From: Candidatus Poribacteria bacterium
GTDB taxonomy: Bacteria > Poribacteria > WGA-4E > WGA-3G
DNA: 64,000 nucleotides
NCBI GenBank assembly: GCA_965242965.1
Contig: OZ251518.1
Coordinates: 4,032,001 to 4,096,000 of the forward strand
Reading direction: 5' to 3'
Each line of letters starts with the position of its first letter. Positions within the stretch are counted from its first letter, which is position 1. The position numbers and the translations under genes are program-made. The notes beneath the pieces are model-generated. The model was given only the letters and a program-made list of their open reading frames with translations, was not told where the DNA came from and did not search any database. This document shows, one piece after another, positions 48,237 to 58,694 of this stretch.

Positions 48237-48606
48237 CTAGGGCAAATCCGTAATCGTTACGTCGCCATCCGTGACGATATCTAGTGTCAGGCGATTATCT
48301 TTAAGCAACGCCATGCCGACTAATGATGTCCCGGCTGTTCCGTGAACATACACGTTGCGTTCTGTGCCATGCCATAACACTTTCGCGCGATAAACATCAA
48401 AGTTGACAGTACTTCCATCACCGAGGATGCCAATCTGGTTAGCAAATCGTGGGAGGTTCAGGTGACGAATGAACTCACTCGGCAGACACAGAAAGCCGCT
48501 GAATCCTGTATCAATGAGTGCCTCCGTTTTTTTTCGAGTGATTTGGGCCGATAATCTTCAACTCGATGATGGCTTCTTGCTTGTCGGTAATTTTTCCTTT
48601 CATCAT
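48237..48606 (-). pseudogene. Clan AA (retropepsin-like) aspartyl protease, frameshifted in an A8 tract
   Basis: Removing one A at 48527-48534 joins MMKGKITDKQEAIIELKIIG to EALIDTGFSGFL...SLVGMALL...DLP-stop. Confidence 0.8.
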
Positions 48607-48869
48607 TGTTTCGGCACCGAGACTTGAAAGCCGAATCGATGAACCGCAGGAAACCCAATCCGCAAGCAGTAAACTATCGCGTCCGGATTTTTCGCATGGA
48701 TCTTGTCCATAGCTACCGCATCCTCGTCATCGATTTCATAGTTCCCTGTTTTGACATCAATGGCCAAGATTCTGCCTTTGTGCTCGGGTTCAACTTTGTC
48801 CCGCAATTGCTGATAAATCGCCTTGCCGCGGGAGACAACAACTTCTCGGGGATAATCTGAAGAGTTCAT
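48603..48869 (-). CDS. Small protein (DUF5678-like) coupled to the aspartyl protease
   Basis: 88 aa; GKAIY.QLR.KVE.EHKG.ILAID..TG.Y...RIG; GAGG RBS; ATGA overlap. Confidence 0.7.
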   Translation of the reverse strand: MNSSDYPREVVVSRGKAIYQQLRDKVEPEHKGRILAIDVKTGNYEIDDEDAVAMDKIHAKNPDAIVYCLRIGFPAVHRFGFQVSVPKQ

Positions 48870-48896
48870 GGTAAGTTACCTCGCCTGCTTTACAAG

Positions 48897-49070
48897 GTGA
48901 TTGCGAGGGACAGGCCCTCGCACTACGCTATTGAAACAGAGTGATTGCGAGGGACAGGCCCTCGCACTACGTCATTGAAACAAGGTGATTGCGAGGGACA
49001 GGCCCTCGCACTACGATATTGAAACAGAGTGATGGCGAGGGACAGGCCCTCGCACTACGATATTGAACAG
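48897..49070. repeat. Four tandem 44-bp REP-containing units
   Basis: Units start at 48897, 48941, 48985, 49029; core GCGAGGGACAGGCCCTCGCACTAC. Confidence 0.9.
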
Positions 49071-49144
49071 GTATTTCCCCAAAAGACGATGGATGTCAAC
49101 CCGTTAGGCAGTAGTGCGCGCTTGGCACGCGCGCCTACTAATTC

Positions 49145-49909
49145 CTACTGCGATAACTCGTTGACAATTGACACGTTCGCTTCCACTTCGCTGCGGGAAG
49201 TCATCCCGATAGTCATTGCGTGGACGCAGGAAAGCCCCATCACAAACTCAATCGCCTCTCGTGCACCGCCTGCTTCTTTGGCGAGTTTGCTCATGCCGAG
49301 CACTTTCATGCCGTAGATACCCTTGCCGGCGAACGCCATCAATTCCATCGTCCGGATAACATCCGCCGGGGATGCGTCCATGTGAACACCGGCGTAGTTA
49401 ATCCGTGCCAGCACCACGTCCACCCACGGTGTCATGGCGGCGGTTTGGAACGCGCCGTAATCGTGACAAGATACGCCGTGCGCGCGGATGAGCCCCTGCT
49501 CCTTACACCGCACAAGTGCCTCCATCGCGTCCGGATACCGCTTCGGCCAATCCACCTGTGTGAGACAGTGGAGCAGCACGATGTCCACGTAATCCGAACC
49601 GATTTCCTTGAGAAACCGCTTGACATCCGCTTCCACATCTGCACGGGTGCGCGACACCGTTTTCGTCGTGATGGTGACGCTGCTTCTATCTACGTGCTTA
49701 AGAGCCTCTCTCACATGCGGATGACTCCCGTACTGGTCTGCTGAATCCCAGAACGTCACGCCTTTGTCGTGTGAAAAAAGCAGCAGGTCGCGGAGGCCTT
49801 CCAGCCCTAAATCTGTCTGATTTGAGCGGCCGTTCCAACCGTTCGACCCGGTGCCAATAGATAGCCGTGAAACGTCCAATCCCGTTTTTCCGAGTGCAAC
49901 AATTTCCAT
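49145..49909 (-). CDS. Aldo/keto reductase
   Basis: LGKTGLDVSRL.IGT, DSADQYG, TK, DYVDIVLLH, G.IRAHGVSCH. Confidence 0.9.
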   Translation of the reverse strand: MEIVALGKTGLDVSRLSIGTGSNGWNGRSNQTDLGLEGLRDLLLFSHDKGVTFWDSADQYGSHPHVREALKHVDRSSVTITTKTVSRTRADVEADVKRFLKEIGSDYVDIVLLHCLTQVDWPKRYPDAMEALVRCKEQGLIRAHGVSCHDYGAFQTAAMTPWVDVVLARINYAGVHMDASPADVIRTMELMAFAGKGIYGMKVLGMSKLAKEAGGAREAIEFVMGLSCVHAMTIGMTSRSEVEANVSIVNELSQ

Positions 49910-50156
49910 TGAAATTCTCCTTCCAGTCAAGTTAGGTTTAAGTATAGCAGAAAAGTTCACAATATGTCAAGCATTTTTACGCTATTGTCTTTTTTTGTTG
50001 CTTTTTACCAATAAGAAACGTTACAATTAAAATAGCCGGAAGTAATGATTCCGCAAAATTTGAAAAATCCGAGAACTACGGCGCATCTAGTTAGACACGG
50101 CCAAGCGTTCTGCAAACCGAATGCTTGGCACGATGCCAAAAATAGGAATGGAGTAT

Positions 50157-52421
50157 ATGAACGTTTTTATCAAATCCCGAACGCCTTACCGATATTGGAA
50201 AATCTTCACATTTTTGCTGCTGAGTTGGGGATGCTCCCTCGCTTCTCAGCATGTCTCCGCCGACGAGATACAGGTGCATCTCGCGGGCAACAGTGCCTTC
50301 GCCGAGGTAGAAAAAGGCGATTACAAACGCGCTGTCTTGAAATTAGAGGCATTGTTGCGCGCAGACCGGACTGAACCGGAGAAGAAAGAAATCCATCACG
50401 TGCTCGGCTACTGCTATGAGAAGCTGCGGAATCGTCCAAAAGCGATTGGGAACTACGCCCGCGTCGCGTCGCGGACGTATCCGCTGGCCGATTGCGCCGT
50501 GTATCGGCTTGCCCGCCTCTATGCCGAGATGAAAGACGATGCGAAGGCAGTGAAATGGTATACGCACCTCGTGGAGGACTATCCGGCGAGTTTCTATCAC
50601 GCCGAGGCACAGTTCGCGTTGGCGCGCCTCCACCTCAAACGGAAAGAGTGGGCCGCCGCGAAGCCGTTGTTTGTCGCCCTACGCGAGGAGCCGCGCTACG
50701 CCAGAGAGGCGGCACAAGGTGCTGCCCGCTGTGATGAGGGCCTCGGCGACGCGGCTGCCGCCTTTGAGGCTTACCGTGCACTGCTGCATGCAAATGCTAC
50801 CGATGCTGTCGCCGAAGAGACGCTCGGCCGGTTTAAGTTGCTGGCGCGGACACATAAGAGCCTGAGGCTGAAAACGGCAGACCGGCTCATTTGCGGGCAA
50901 GTCTTCTTAAATCGTAAGAAATGGAAATTAGCGGTTGCGGAATTTCAGCGTATCGCCGCCACAAAAAACCTGAAACTTCGGGGGCAAGCGCGCTACTTGA
51001 TGGGACAGGCGTATCAGGGCCGGAAGTGGTATAACACCGCTATCAAGCAGTATAACGTCGTCATTGCCCTCGGTGGGAAGAGCGACTATTTGACGCGCGC
51101 GCACTACGAAAAAGCGGTATGCTATCAAAAGAAGGGGCACCTGAAAACCGCGACGAGTCAACTGAAACCCTTCACGCGTCTCTATCCGTGGAGCAGATTG
51201 CGCGATGACGCGCTCTATACCCTCGCGCAAATTTATCAAAAGCGCGGGAAATTAACGCTCGCCCGCGAAACGTATGCGCAGCTCATTGAAATCGCCCCAG
51301 AGAGTCCGTATGCAGATGTCGCCGCATGGCGCATCGGCTGGCAGCGGTTTGACGAGAAGCGTTATGAGGAGAGCTACAAGGCGTTTGAGGGATTGAAGGC
51401 GAACTTCCCCTGCAACCGCTATGCGATGGGCGCGCATTTTTGGATGGCGAAAATCCGTGAACGCCAAAACCAGCCAGAACTGGCGCGCGAAATCTACACC
51501 GAAGTGGCAACTGCAAACTACTGGTACTACAGTGCGAGAGCCAAAGCGATTCTCAAGATGAGCGAGGCCGAACTGGCACCGAGAGCCGTGCCGGACGAAG
51601 AATTGCCTGGCACCGCTGCGTGTCCGCCACAGGCGAAGGCACTCATGGCACTCCGGCTCTATGAAGACGCGATTATGCAGTTAAAGCACCACATTACCGC
51701 GCCGGATGTCCTGGCGGACACGGCATGTTTCTACGCGCTGATCGACTGTTATGAACGGCTGGCGCGCTACGATGAGGCCCGGAAGTTGGCGGAACAGGCA
51801 TTGAACAGCCCTATCTTCGCGAATCCTGACGCAGAGGAGACGAAGCAGTTGCGGCAATGGCTTTATCCGCGCTACTACGAACAACTCGTAGAGAAATACG
51901 CGAAAGCGCACAATGTAGACGCATACCTCATGTTTGCGATGATGTTGGAGGAAAGCCGCTATCGCGCCGATGCTGTCAGTTGGGCGGGGGCCATCGGGTT
52001 GATGCAGATTATGCCAGCGACAGGGAAAGAACTCGCACGGCAACTGAAAATCCGCCGATTCCGTTCCTCAATGCTGAAGCAACCGGAGGTGAACATCCGC
52101 ATGGGGGCGAAATATATCGCCTACCTCAACTCGCTGTTTGATGGCGATGCGATGCTCGTGACAGGGGCATATAACGGCGGCCCCGGCAGAATGAGCCGGT
52201 GGGTGAAGTCAAAGAAGATTGCGGATATTGATGAATTCGTTGAGAAAATCACGATTCGCGAAACCCGGTTGCATATTAAGAAAGTTATCAACAGTTACGA
52301 TAACTACGTTGAGATTTACGGGCGAGATGAGGCACCTGCGGTGAATTCTGCTCGCGACATGAAGCAGATTCGTCCCAGCAAACGGCTTGAGAGTCCGTTC
52401 ATCGGCCAGCGGAGCAATTAA
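50157..52421 (+). CDS. TPR-repeat soluble lytic transglycosylase (Slt-like)
   Basis: Many TPR helices; C-terminal EES, AIGLMQIMPATG, AYNGGPG, ET..HIKKV; start uncertain (50121-50157). Confidence 0.88.
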   Translation: MNVFIKSRTPYRYWKIFTFLLLSWGCSLASQHVSADEIQVHLAGNSAFAEVEKGDYKRAVLKLEALLRADRTEPEKKEIHHVLGYCYEKLRNRPKAIGNYARVASRTYPLADCAVYRLARLYAEMKDDAKAVKWYTHLVEDYPASFYHAEAQFALARLHLKRKEWAAAKPLFVALREEPRYAREAAQGAARCDEGLGDAAAAFEAYRALLHANATDAVAEETLGRFKLLARTHKSLRLKTADRLICGQVFLNRKKWKLAVAEFQRIAATKNLKLRGQARYLMGQAYQGRKWYNTAIKQYNVVIALGGKSDYLTRAHYEKAVCYQKKGHLKTATSQLKPFTRLYPWSRLRDDALYTLAQIYQKRGKLTLARETYAQLIEIAPESPYADVAAWRIGWQRFDEKRYEESYKAFEGLKANFPCNRYAMGAHFWMAKIRERQNQPELAREIYTEVATANYWYYSARAKAILKMSEAELAPRAVPDEELPGTAACPPQAKALMALRLYEDAIMQLKHHITAPDVLADTACFYALIDCYERLARYDEARKLAEQALNSPIFANPDAEETKQLRQWLYPRYYEQLVEKYAKAHNVDAYLMFAMMLEESRYRADAVSWAGAIGLMQIMPATGKELARQLKIRRFRSSMLKQPEVNIRMGAKYIAYLNSLFDGDAMLVTGAYNGGPGRMSRWVKSKKIADIDEFVEKITIRETRLHIKKVINSYDNYVEIYGRDEAPAVNSARDMKQIRPSKRLESPFIGQRSN

Positions 52422-52540
52422 GCACTGACGGCATACCGTAGGGTGATAGGGTGACACCTCGTAAATCGGGAAACCCTTAGATAGCGTGGCGAGGGACAGG
52501 CCCTCACCCTACTGTCTCTTGGCGATAGGGTTCGTGTTAT

Positions 52541-52618
52541 TCTTATTAACGTTAGGGCGCGCAAACGTTAATAACGCCATATCTTATTAACGTTAGGGCG
52601 CGCAAACGTTAATAACGC
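52541..52618. promoter_or_regulatory. Duplicated palindrome upstream of fic (operator candidate)
   Basis: Two identical 37-bp units, each TTATTAACGTT-N10-AACGTTAATAA. Confidence 0.55.
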
Positions 52619-52647
52619 TAATTACCGTAATAGGAGGTGATAGGGAT

Positions 52648-53832
52648 ATGACTCCGAAAGACTTCAGAGATTCAAGTGCAGGGAGGTGTCTTCGCAGTGG
52701 CCGTCGTCCTACCTATTGGGCATTTGTGCCCAATCCACTGCCTCCCAATATCAAAGTGGATTGGGAATTAGCAACGCTTTTATCAGCGGCAAACGGCAAA
52801 CTTGGGGAGTTATCTGGGGCGGGGCAACTGCTTCCAAACCCGCATTTGTTAATCAACCCGTTTATTCGGCGTGAGGCAGTAACAAGTTCTAGAATTGAAA
52901 ATACGCAATCGGGATTAGAGGAGCTCTTTCTATTTGAAGCGGATGAAACGCAGCCGCCGGCGATACCGGATGTCCAAGAGGTTGTCAATTACGTGAGAGC
53001 CATGGAGTACGGCATCCAGAGGATGCAGGCGTTGCCGTTGAGTTCAAGGTTTCTCTGCGAAATACACGAGATTCTGATGAGGGGTGTCCGTGGGGAACAC
53101 GCAACGCCGGGGTTCCTGCGGACAAGCCAGAATTGGATTGGGAGTCCTGGATGCAGCTTGATGGACGCGACGTATGTTCCACCGCCGGTTCCCGAGATGA
53201 AGCAATGTTTTTCAGATTTAGAAAAATACATCCATTCCGATGCGAGGGAGCCCGCGCTGATTCAATGCGCGCTCGTTCATTACCAATTTGAGGCAATTCA
53301 CCCGTTCGTTGATGGAAACGGAAGAATCGGCAGGCTGCTTATCACCCTCATGCTCTTAGAGAAAAAGTTGTTATCGCAGCCGATGCTCTATCTCTCGGAT
53401 TTTTTTGAGGCGCATAGAGAAGCGTATTATCAATCGCTGTTGGATGTCAGCCAGAAGGGAAATTGGAAAGGATGGCTTACATTTTTCTTAAATGGCGTTC
53501 GCCAGCAGTCGGAGGCGGCACTTTTGACGACGCAAAACTTACTGGCATTGAACGAGGAATACCGGGAAATTGCAAAAGCACCGAAGGTGCCGAAATCTGT
53601 AAATCTGCTAGTCGAACGATTATTCGGAAAACCTATCGTCTCAATTTCGGAATTAACGAAGACTTCGGGAATGTCGTATCCTACCGTTCAGCGCGGGGCG
53701 GATTACCTTATTGAACGAGGCAAACTCCGAGAAATCACAGGGAAGCGACGGAACCGTTTGTTTGTTGCAGATGAAATCCTCAATATTATCAGGAGCGAAC
53801 GAACGCAATCGGTGTGTTCTGAAGCCAATTAA
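52648..53832 (+). CDS. Fic family protein with N-terminal autoinhibitory motif and C-terminal HTH
   Basis: HPFVDGNGRIGR; SSRIEN motif; AGGAGG RBS. Confidence 0.92.
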   Translation: MTPKDFRDSSAGRCLRSGRRPTYWAFVPNPLPPNIKVDWELATLLSAANGKLGELSGAGQLLPNPHLLINPFIRREAVTSSRIENTQSGLEELFLFEADETQPPAIPDVQEVVNYVRAMEYGIQRMQALPLSSRFLCEIHEILMRGVRGEHATPGFLRTSQNWIGSPGCSLMDATYVPPPVPEMKQCFSDLEKYIHSDAREPALIQCALVHYQFEAIHPFVDGNGRIGRLLITLMLLEKKLLSQPMLYLSDFFEAHREAYYQSLLDVSQKGNWKGWLTFFLNGVRQQSEAALLTTQNLLALNEEYREIAKAPKVPKSVNLLVERLFGKPIVSISELTKTSGMSYPTVQRGADYLIERGKLREITGKRRNRLFVADEILNIIRSERTQSVCSEAN

Positions 53833-53859
53833 TTTTCAAAGCAGCAAAGCGGCACATCA

Positions 53860-55512
53860 CTAACCCTCTAATACTATCAACTGCGGTGACTTGCCTCGGG
53901 TGAGGATGATACGACGGTGCCATGTCGTATCGTCTTTCTCCGGGAAATCTGAACGGTAGTGCGCGCCGCGACTCTCCGTCCGGAGAAGTGCCGCCGCCGT
54001 GATACATCGGGCGACATCCAGCATATTCGTGGCTTCGTATTTTTTGTAGTTCGCAATGCATTCGGCAGACATACCTGCGGTTGTCACATCTTGCATTTCT
54101 TTTCGGCGAGTTGTGCCGGCGAGTTGTTGCAATTCCGCAACCGTTTCCTGTAACCCTTCCTCATCGCGTTCAATACCAACGTTTTTCCAGAGTGTCTCCT
54201 GAATCGTGTGTGTTATGTCTTCAACCCAGTCGGCGGTGATATGGGCAGTGTGAGGTGTATCGCTGTCGGCGTGTAAAAAGCCTGCTGTCTCGGTTTGCGC
54301 GAAAGTTGCGGCATTAGTGCCAGCGCGCGCGCCATAGACGAGGCATTCCAACAGCGAATTGCTCGCCAAGCGATTCGCGCCGTGCACCCCGGTGCATGCG
54401 ACTTCGCCGCATGCATAGAGTCCGCGCACGTTCGTTTCTGCTTCTGTGTTGGAGCGGATACCGCCCATCATAAAATGCGCGCCGGGACGGACAGGAATGA
54501 GGTCTGTGCGGATATCGAGTCCGTAGCGTTGTGTTGTCTCGAAAATTGTCGGGAAGCGTTCAACGATAAATTCAGCCGGTTTATGGGTAATGTCAAGATA
54601 GACGCACGGGAACCCGGTTAGGTGCATTTCCGTATGGATGGCACGGCTGACGACATCGCGCGGTGCGAGTTCGCCGAGTTCATGGTATTTCTCCATGAAG
54701 CGTTCGCCGCGGATAGAGATGAGTTTTCCGCCTTCGCCGCGCACTGCCTCGGAGATGAGGAAATGAGGCGCGCCGTCAAGAAAGAGCGTCGTCGGGTGGA
54801 ATTGCACGAACTCCATGTCAATGAGTTCGCACCCGGCTCGCCACGCCGCAGCGATGCCGTCGCCGGTGGCGACTTCGGGGTTAGATGTGCAGGGATAGAG
54901 ACGGCCGAGCCCGCCTGTCGCTAGAATCGTCGCTTTGGCGCGGAGCGCGACGTGCTTGCCTTCAACGATAGCCAGCGCGCCATAACACTGGTTTTCCGCT
55001 GTCAGCACCTCAAGCGCGAAGGCGTTGGTGAGGACGTGTATGCCTTCCGTGTTGAGCACCTGTTGCACCAAGACATCGGTTGTCTCCCTACCGGTGGCAT
55101 CGCCTTTATGGACGATGCGGCGGCGGCTATGGGCGGCTTCTCGCGTGAACCGCGGCAGTGTGCCTTCCCAATCAAAAGCAGCACCCCAGTCAATAAGTTC
55201 AGCGACGCGCGGAACCCCTTCGGCTACCAACGTTTCAACAGCCGAAACGTCGCAGAGGCCAGCACCAGCGACGAGCGTGTCTTGGACATGGAGCGCGAGG
55301 GTATCGTCCACGTTCATGGCGACAGCGATGCCTCCCTGCGCATAGCGGGTGTTGCTCTCCTTGAGGACAGACTTCGTCAGCAAGGTTACGTTAACGCCGG
55401 GCACAGCGGCGGCAGCGAGTGCCGCGCGTAAACCAGCAGCACCGCTACCGATAATAAGAACGTCGGTGTTACGAACTTCCGGAATACAAGCGCGCTCAGG
55501 GATACTCATCAC
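53860..55512 (-). CDS. nadB: L-aspartate oxidase
   Basis: GSGAAG, AQGGIA, EAAHS.RRI, QFHPT, LISEAVRGEG, HGANRLASNSLLE, ESRGAH.R. Confidence 0.95.
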   Translation of the reverse strand: MMSIPERACIPEVRNTDVLIIGSGAAGLRAALAAAAVPGVNVTLLTKSVLKESNTRYAQGGIAVAMNVDDTLALHVQDTLVAGAGLCDVSAVETLVAEGVPRVAELIDWGAAFDWEGTLPRFTREAAHSRRRIVHKGDATGRETTDVLVQQVLNTEGIHVLTNAFALEVLTAENQCYGALAIVEGKHVALRAKATILATGGLGRLYPCTSNPEVATGDGIAAAWRAGCELIDMEFVQFHPTTLFLDGAPHFLISEAVRGEGGKLISIRGERFMEKYHELGELAPRDVVSRAIHTEMHLTGFPCVYLDITHKPAEFIVERFPTIFETTQRYGLDIRTDLIPVRPGAHFMMGGIRSNTEAETNVRGLYACGEVACTGVHGANRLASNSLLECLVYGARAGTNAATFAQTETAGFLHADSDTPHTAHITADWVEDITHTIQETLWKNVGIERDEEGLQETVAELQQLAGTTRRKEMQDVTTAGMSAECIANYKKYEATNMLDVARCITAAALLRTESRGAHYRSDFPEKDDTTWHRRIILTRGKSPQLIVLEG

Positions 55513-55595
55513 TCATTCACCTCTGCACAAAAACGTAGATATTGACAACGTCAATATCGGATAAACGGAGAGAGACGTTTGGCATACGTTTACCG

Positions 55596-56006
55596 TTATC
55601 GAACGCCTCGCGAATAACGAAAAACTTTTCCGTTAGCGGTAGCGATGAGCGTGCCATCGGGTAACGTGACAGCCGCCTCGGCAAGCACCAACCGTCGTGA
55701 TGCTTTCGTCCGTTTTGCCGATACGGTGAGTTTCACCCCGGTCGGCGATGGGTTTCGGAATCGGACATCAAGCTGCGCAGTGACAGCCGGTTTCCCGAAC
55801 GTGGCGATGCCGACGTAGGTTATCGCTTCATCAAGCAAGGTGCTGATAATGCCGCCGTGGAGGACATCAGCCCAGCCTTGCAGGTGCGAAGGTGGCGTGC
55901 ATTCAATTGTCACCGTCTCACCCCCGTCGCTGATTTGCGGTTTCACCTGCAAACCGAACGGATTTTTTATGCCGCACACGAAGCAAAAATCGTTATTTTC
56001 CAACAT
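55596..56006 (-). CDS. PaaI family thioesterase
   Basis: CFVCG..NP.GL, HGGIISTLLDE hot-dog motif. Confidence 0.85.
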   Translation of the reverse strand: MLENNDFCFVCGIKNPFGLQVKPQISDGGETVTIECTPPSHLQGWADVLHGGIISTLLDEAITYVGIATFGKPAVTAQLDVRFRNPSPTGVKLTVSAKRTKASRRLVLAEAAVTLPDGTLIATANGKVFRYSRGVR

Positions 56007-58692
56007 CGGCTGTTTTCCCTTCGCTTTGCGTCAATACAGATAAACTGCGCGAGAGTTTCGCCTCTTCTGCTAATAGGCGTTCTAAATGCTCGCGTTTTTG
56101 TGCGACAACTTTTTCGGGAGCACGCTGGAGGAAGTTGGGGTTCTCCAACGTCTTCTGGGCCACTGCCACATCCTTGACTGCCTGTTGGTGCCGCTTATTC
56201 AGGCGGGCGCGTTCTGCGTCCAAATCGATGACACCAGCCAGTGGTATATAAAGCACCAACTCGCCGATAACTGCCTCGGCGGAAGCCGGCGGTTTCTGCA
56301 CCGTCTCTGCCACAGTGATGTCTTTCACCTTTGTAAACGCAGGAAGATAGTGACTAAGATGTGTCGCGAGCTGCTCGCGTAAGTTGGCATCGGGCGATTG
56401 GATGAGGACTTCCACCGATGCACCGAGCGGCACGTTCAGTTCACCGCGGATGCTCCGCACACTCTCAATTACCGTCATCACTGCCGCCATCGTCGCCTCT
56501 GCTTCTGGATGCGCACCTGCCGGTTCTGGCCAAGGGGCGATGCAGACAGATTTTTTGTCATTTGCCGCGCCTGTTCCATCATCTTGGTTGAGTTGCTGCC
56601 AGAGCTCCTCACTCAAAAACGGCATGAAGGGGTGCAAGAGGCGCATCGTCTGTTCCAGGACATCGGCGGCTACCCAGAGTGCTTGGGGTTCGCCGCGCGC
56701 GAGTCGCTGTTTGACACATTCAAGATACCAATCGCAGAATTCGTGCCAGAGGAACGCGTAGACTGTCTGTGCTGCTTCGTAGAAACGGAAATTCTCAAGC
56801 GCGTCGGTTGTCGTAGCAATCGCGTGGCTCAAGCGGCTGCGTATCCATTCAACTTCTAATGGCGTGCTATCGCGATTGGGAATTGCGCCTATCGGATGCT
56901 CCTTCAGATTCATCAGCGTGAACCGGGCGGCGTTCCAGATTTTATTGGCAAACCGTTTGCCTGCCTCAATCTGCGATTCGAGCAAAGGGACATACGGGTT
57001 CGGTGTGCTGGCAATCGCCAAGGCAAACCGGAACGCATCGGTGCCGTAGGTGGCAATCGTCTCAAGCGGATTGATGATATTCCCCTTGGATTTGCTCATC
57101 TTCTGTCCCTTCTCATCAGCAACGAGGCCGTGCAGATAGACGGTGCGGAACGGCACCTCGTCCAGACACCCGAGCCCGAGCATCATCATGCGTGCCACCC
57201 AAAAAAAGAGGATATCCCAGCCGGTGACGAGAACAGAAGTCGGATAGAAGGTGTCAAGTTCCGCAGTTTTTTCGGGCCACCCCATCGTGGCGAACGGCCA
57301 GAGGCCAGAACTGAACCACATGTCTAGCACATCTTCGTCTTGCCGCAGTTCGGTGCCTCCGCACGTTTCGCACGTTTGCGGGGTGTCCATAGCGGCGATG
57401 ACAGCATCGCATGCATCGCAATACCAGATGGGGATGCGGTGTCCCCACCACCGCTGACGCGACAGCGTCCACGGTTCAATGTTCTCCATCCAGTGAATGA
57501 AGCGCGCTGTCTCACGTTCCGGGATAAACTTCACATCACCATTTTGGGCGGCGGCGAGGGCGCGTTTGGACAGCGGACGAACATCCATGAACCACTGCAA
57601 CGAAATGGCAGGTTCAATAATCGTGCCGCACCTGTCGTGATGGCCAACGGCATGTCGATGCGGAACGATTTTGACGAGGTATCCCTGCTCGCGCAAATCG
57701 GCGACGACGCGCTCACGGCATTCCCAGCGGGATAAACCGAGGTAGGGTTCACCGGCGTGCTCGTTCATGCAGCCATCTTTCGTGAAAATCGTCCGCTGTG
57801 CTAAATCGTGCCGCAAGCCTATCTCATAATCGTTCGCGTCGTGTCCCGGTGTCACCTTCAGGGCACCGGTACCAAACTCGGTATCAACATAAGCATCACC
57901 GATGATGGGAATCTCGCGCTCTTGTAAGGGGAGCGTCACCGCTTTACCGATGAGGTGCCGGTAACGTTCGTCTTCAGGATGCACGGCAACGGCGGTGTCA
58001 CCTAACATCGTCTCGGGACGCGTCGTCGCAATTTCCAAAAACGCAGCCCCATCGGCACCCGAGTCCACGCCGACAACCGGGTAACGGATGTGATAGAAAT
58101 GTCCATCTACCTCTATCGGTTCAACTTCAAGGTTGCTGACAGCGGTGTTGCATTCCGGGCACCAATTCACCATGTAAGTATCACGATAGATGAGGCCCTG
58201 CTCATAAAAGCGGACGAAGGCGGTGCGGACGGCTTGAGAAAGTCCCTCATCAAGCGTAAACCGCTCGCGCTCCCAATCACAGGAGCATCCGAGGTGTCTG
58301 AGTTGAGAGAGGATAGTGCCGCCGGATTCTGCCTTCCACTGCCACACGCGCTCAATGAACTTTTCGCGGCCAAGCACCGCTTTGCTGGTGCCTTCCTCGG
58401 CGAGTTGTTGCTCAACGATAAGCTCCGTGATAATGCCGGCGTGGTCCGTCCCAGGCATCCACAGGGTATTATACCCCTGCATACGTCGCCAGCGAATGAG
58501 ACAGTCTTGGAGCGTATTGTCCAGCGCGTGCCCGATGTGCAAGCTGCCCGTGATATTGGGGGGTGGAATCACGATGGCATAGGGCGGCTTCTCCGATGTC
58601 GCCTCGGCGTGAAAATAGCCGTTTTCTTGCCAAAATTGATACCATTTCCCCTCAATGTGCTGAGGTTCGTAAGTTTTTGGAAGATGTGTCAT
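55993..58692 (-). CDS. valS: Valine--tRNA ligase
   Basis: PPPNITGSLHIGH, ATTRPET, SRQ.WWGH, KMSKS, C-terminal coiled coil. Confidence 0.97.
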   Translation of the reverse strand: MTHLPKTYEPQHIEGKWYQFWQENGYFHAEATSEKPPYAIVIPPPNITGSLHIGHALDNTLQDCLIRWRRMQGYNTLWMPGTDHAGIITELIVEQQLAEEGTSKAVLGREKFIERVWQWKAESGGTILSQLRHLGCSCDWERERFTLDEGLSQAVRTAFVRFYEQGLIYRDTYMVNWCPECNTAVSNLEVEPIEVDGHFYHIRYPVVGVDSGADGAAFLEIATTRPETMLGDTAVAVHPEDERYRHLIGKAVTLPLQEREIPIIGDAYVDTEFGTGALKVTPGHDANDYEIGLRHDLAQRTIFTKDGCMNEHAGEPYLGLSRWECRERVVADLREQGYLVKIVPHRHAVGHHDRCGTIIEPAISLQWFMDVRPLSKRALAAAQNGDVKFIPERETARFIHWMENIEPWTLSRQRWWGHRIPIWYCDACDAVIAAMDTPQTCETCGGTELRQDEDVLDMWFSSGLWPFATMGWPEKTAELDTFYPTSVLVTGWDILFFWVARMMMLGLGCLDEVPFRTVYLHGLVADEKGQKMSKSKGNIINPLETIATYGTDAFRFALAIASTPNPYVPLLESQIEAGKRFANKIWNAARFTLMNLKEHPIGAIPNRDSTPLEVEWIRSRLSHAIATTTDALENFRFYEAAQTVYAFLWHEFCDWYLECVKQRLARGEPQALWVAADVLEQTMRLLHPFMPFLSEELWQQLNQDDGTGAANDKKSVCIAPWPEPAGAHPEAEATMAAVMTVIESVRSIRGELNVPLGASVEVLIQSPDANLREQLATHLSHYLPAFTKVKDITVAETVQKPPASAEAVIGELVLYIPLAGVIDLDAERARLNKRHQQAVKDVAVAQKTLENPNFLQRAPEKVVAQKREHLERLLAEEAKLSRSLSVLTQSEGKTADVGK

Positions 58693-58694
58693 GG

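Noticed and set aside
48897-49070. CRISPR array suggested by repeated ATTGAAAC
   Set aside because: The 44-bp units are head-to-tail with no unique spacers and the core is the common REP palindrome.
55530-55560. NAD-regulator operator upstream of nadB
   Set aside because: An identical copy lies upstream of hpf and it begins with the GTAG REP signature, so a repeat is the simpler explanation.
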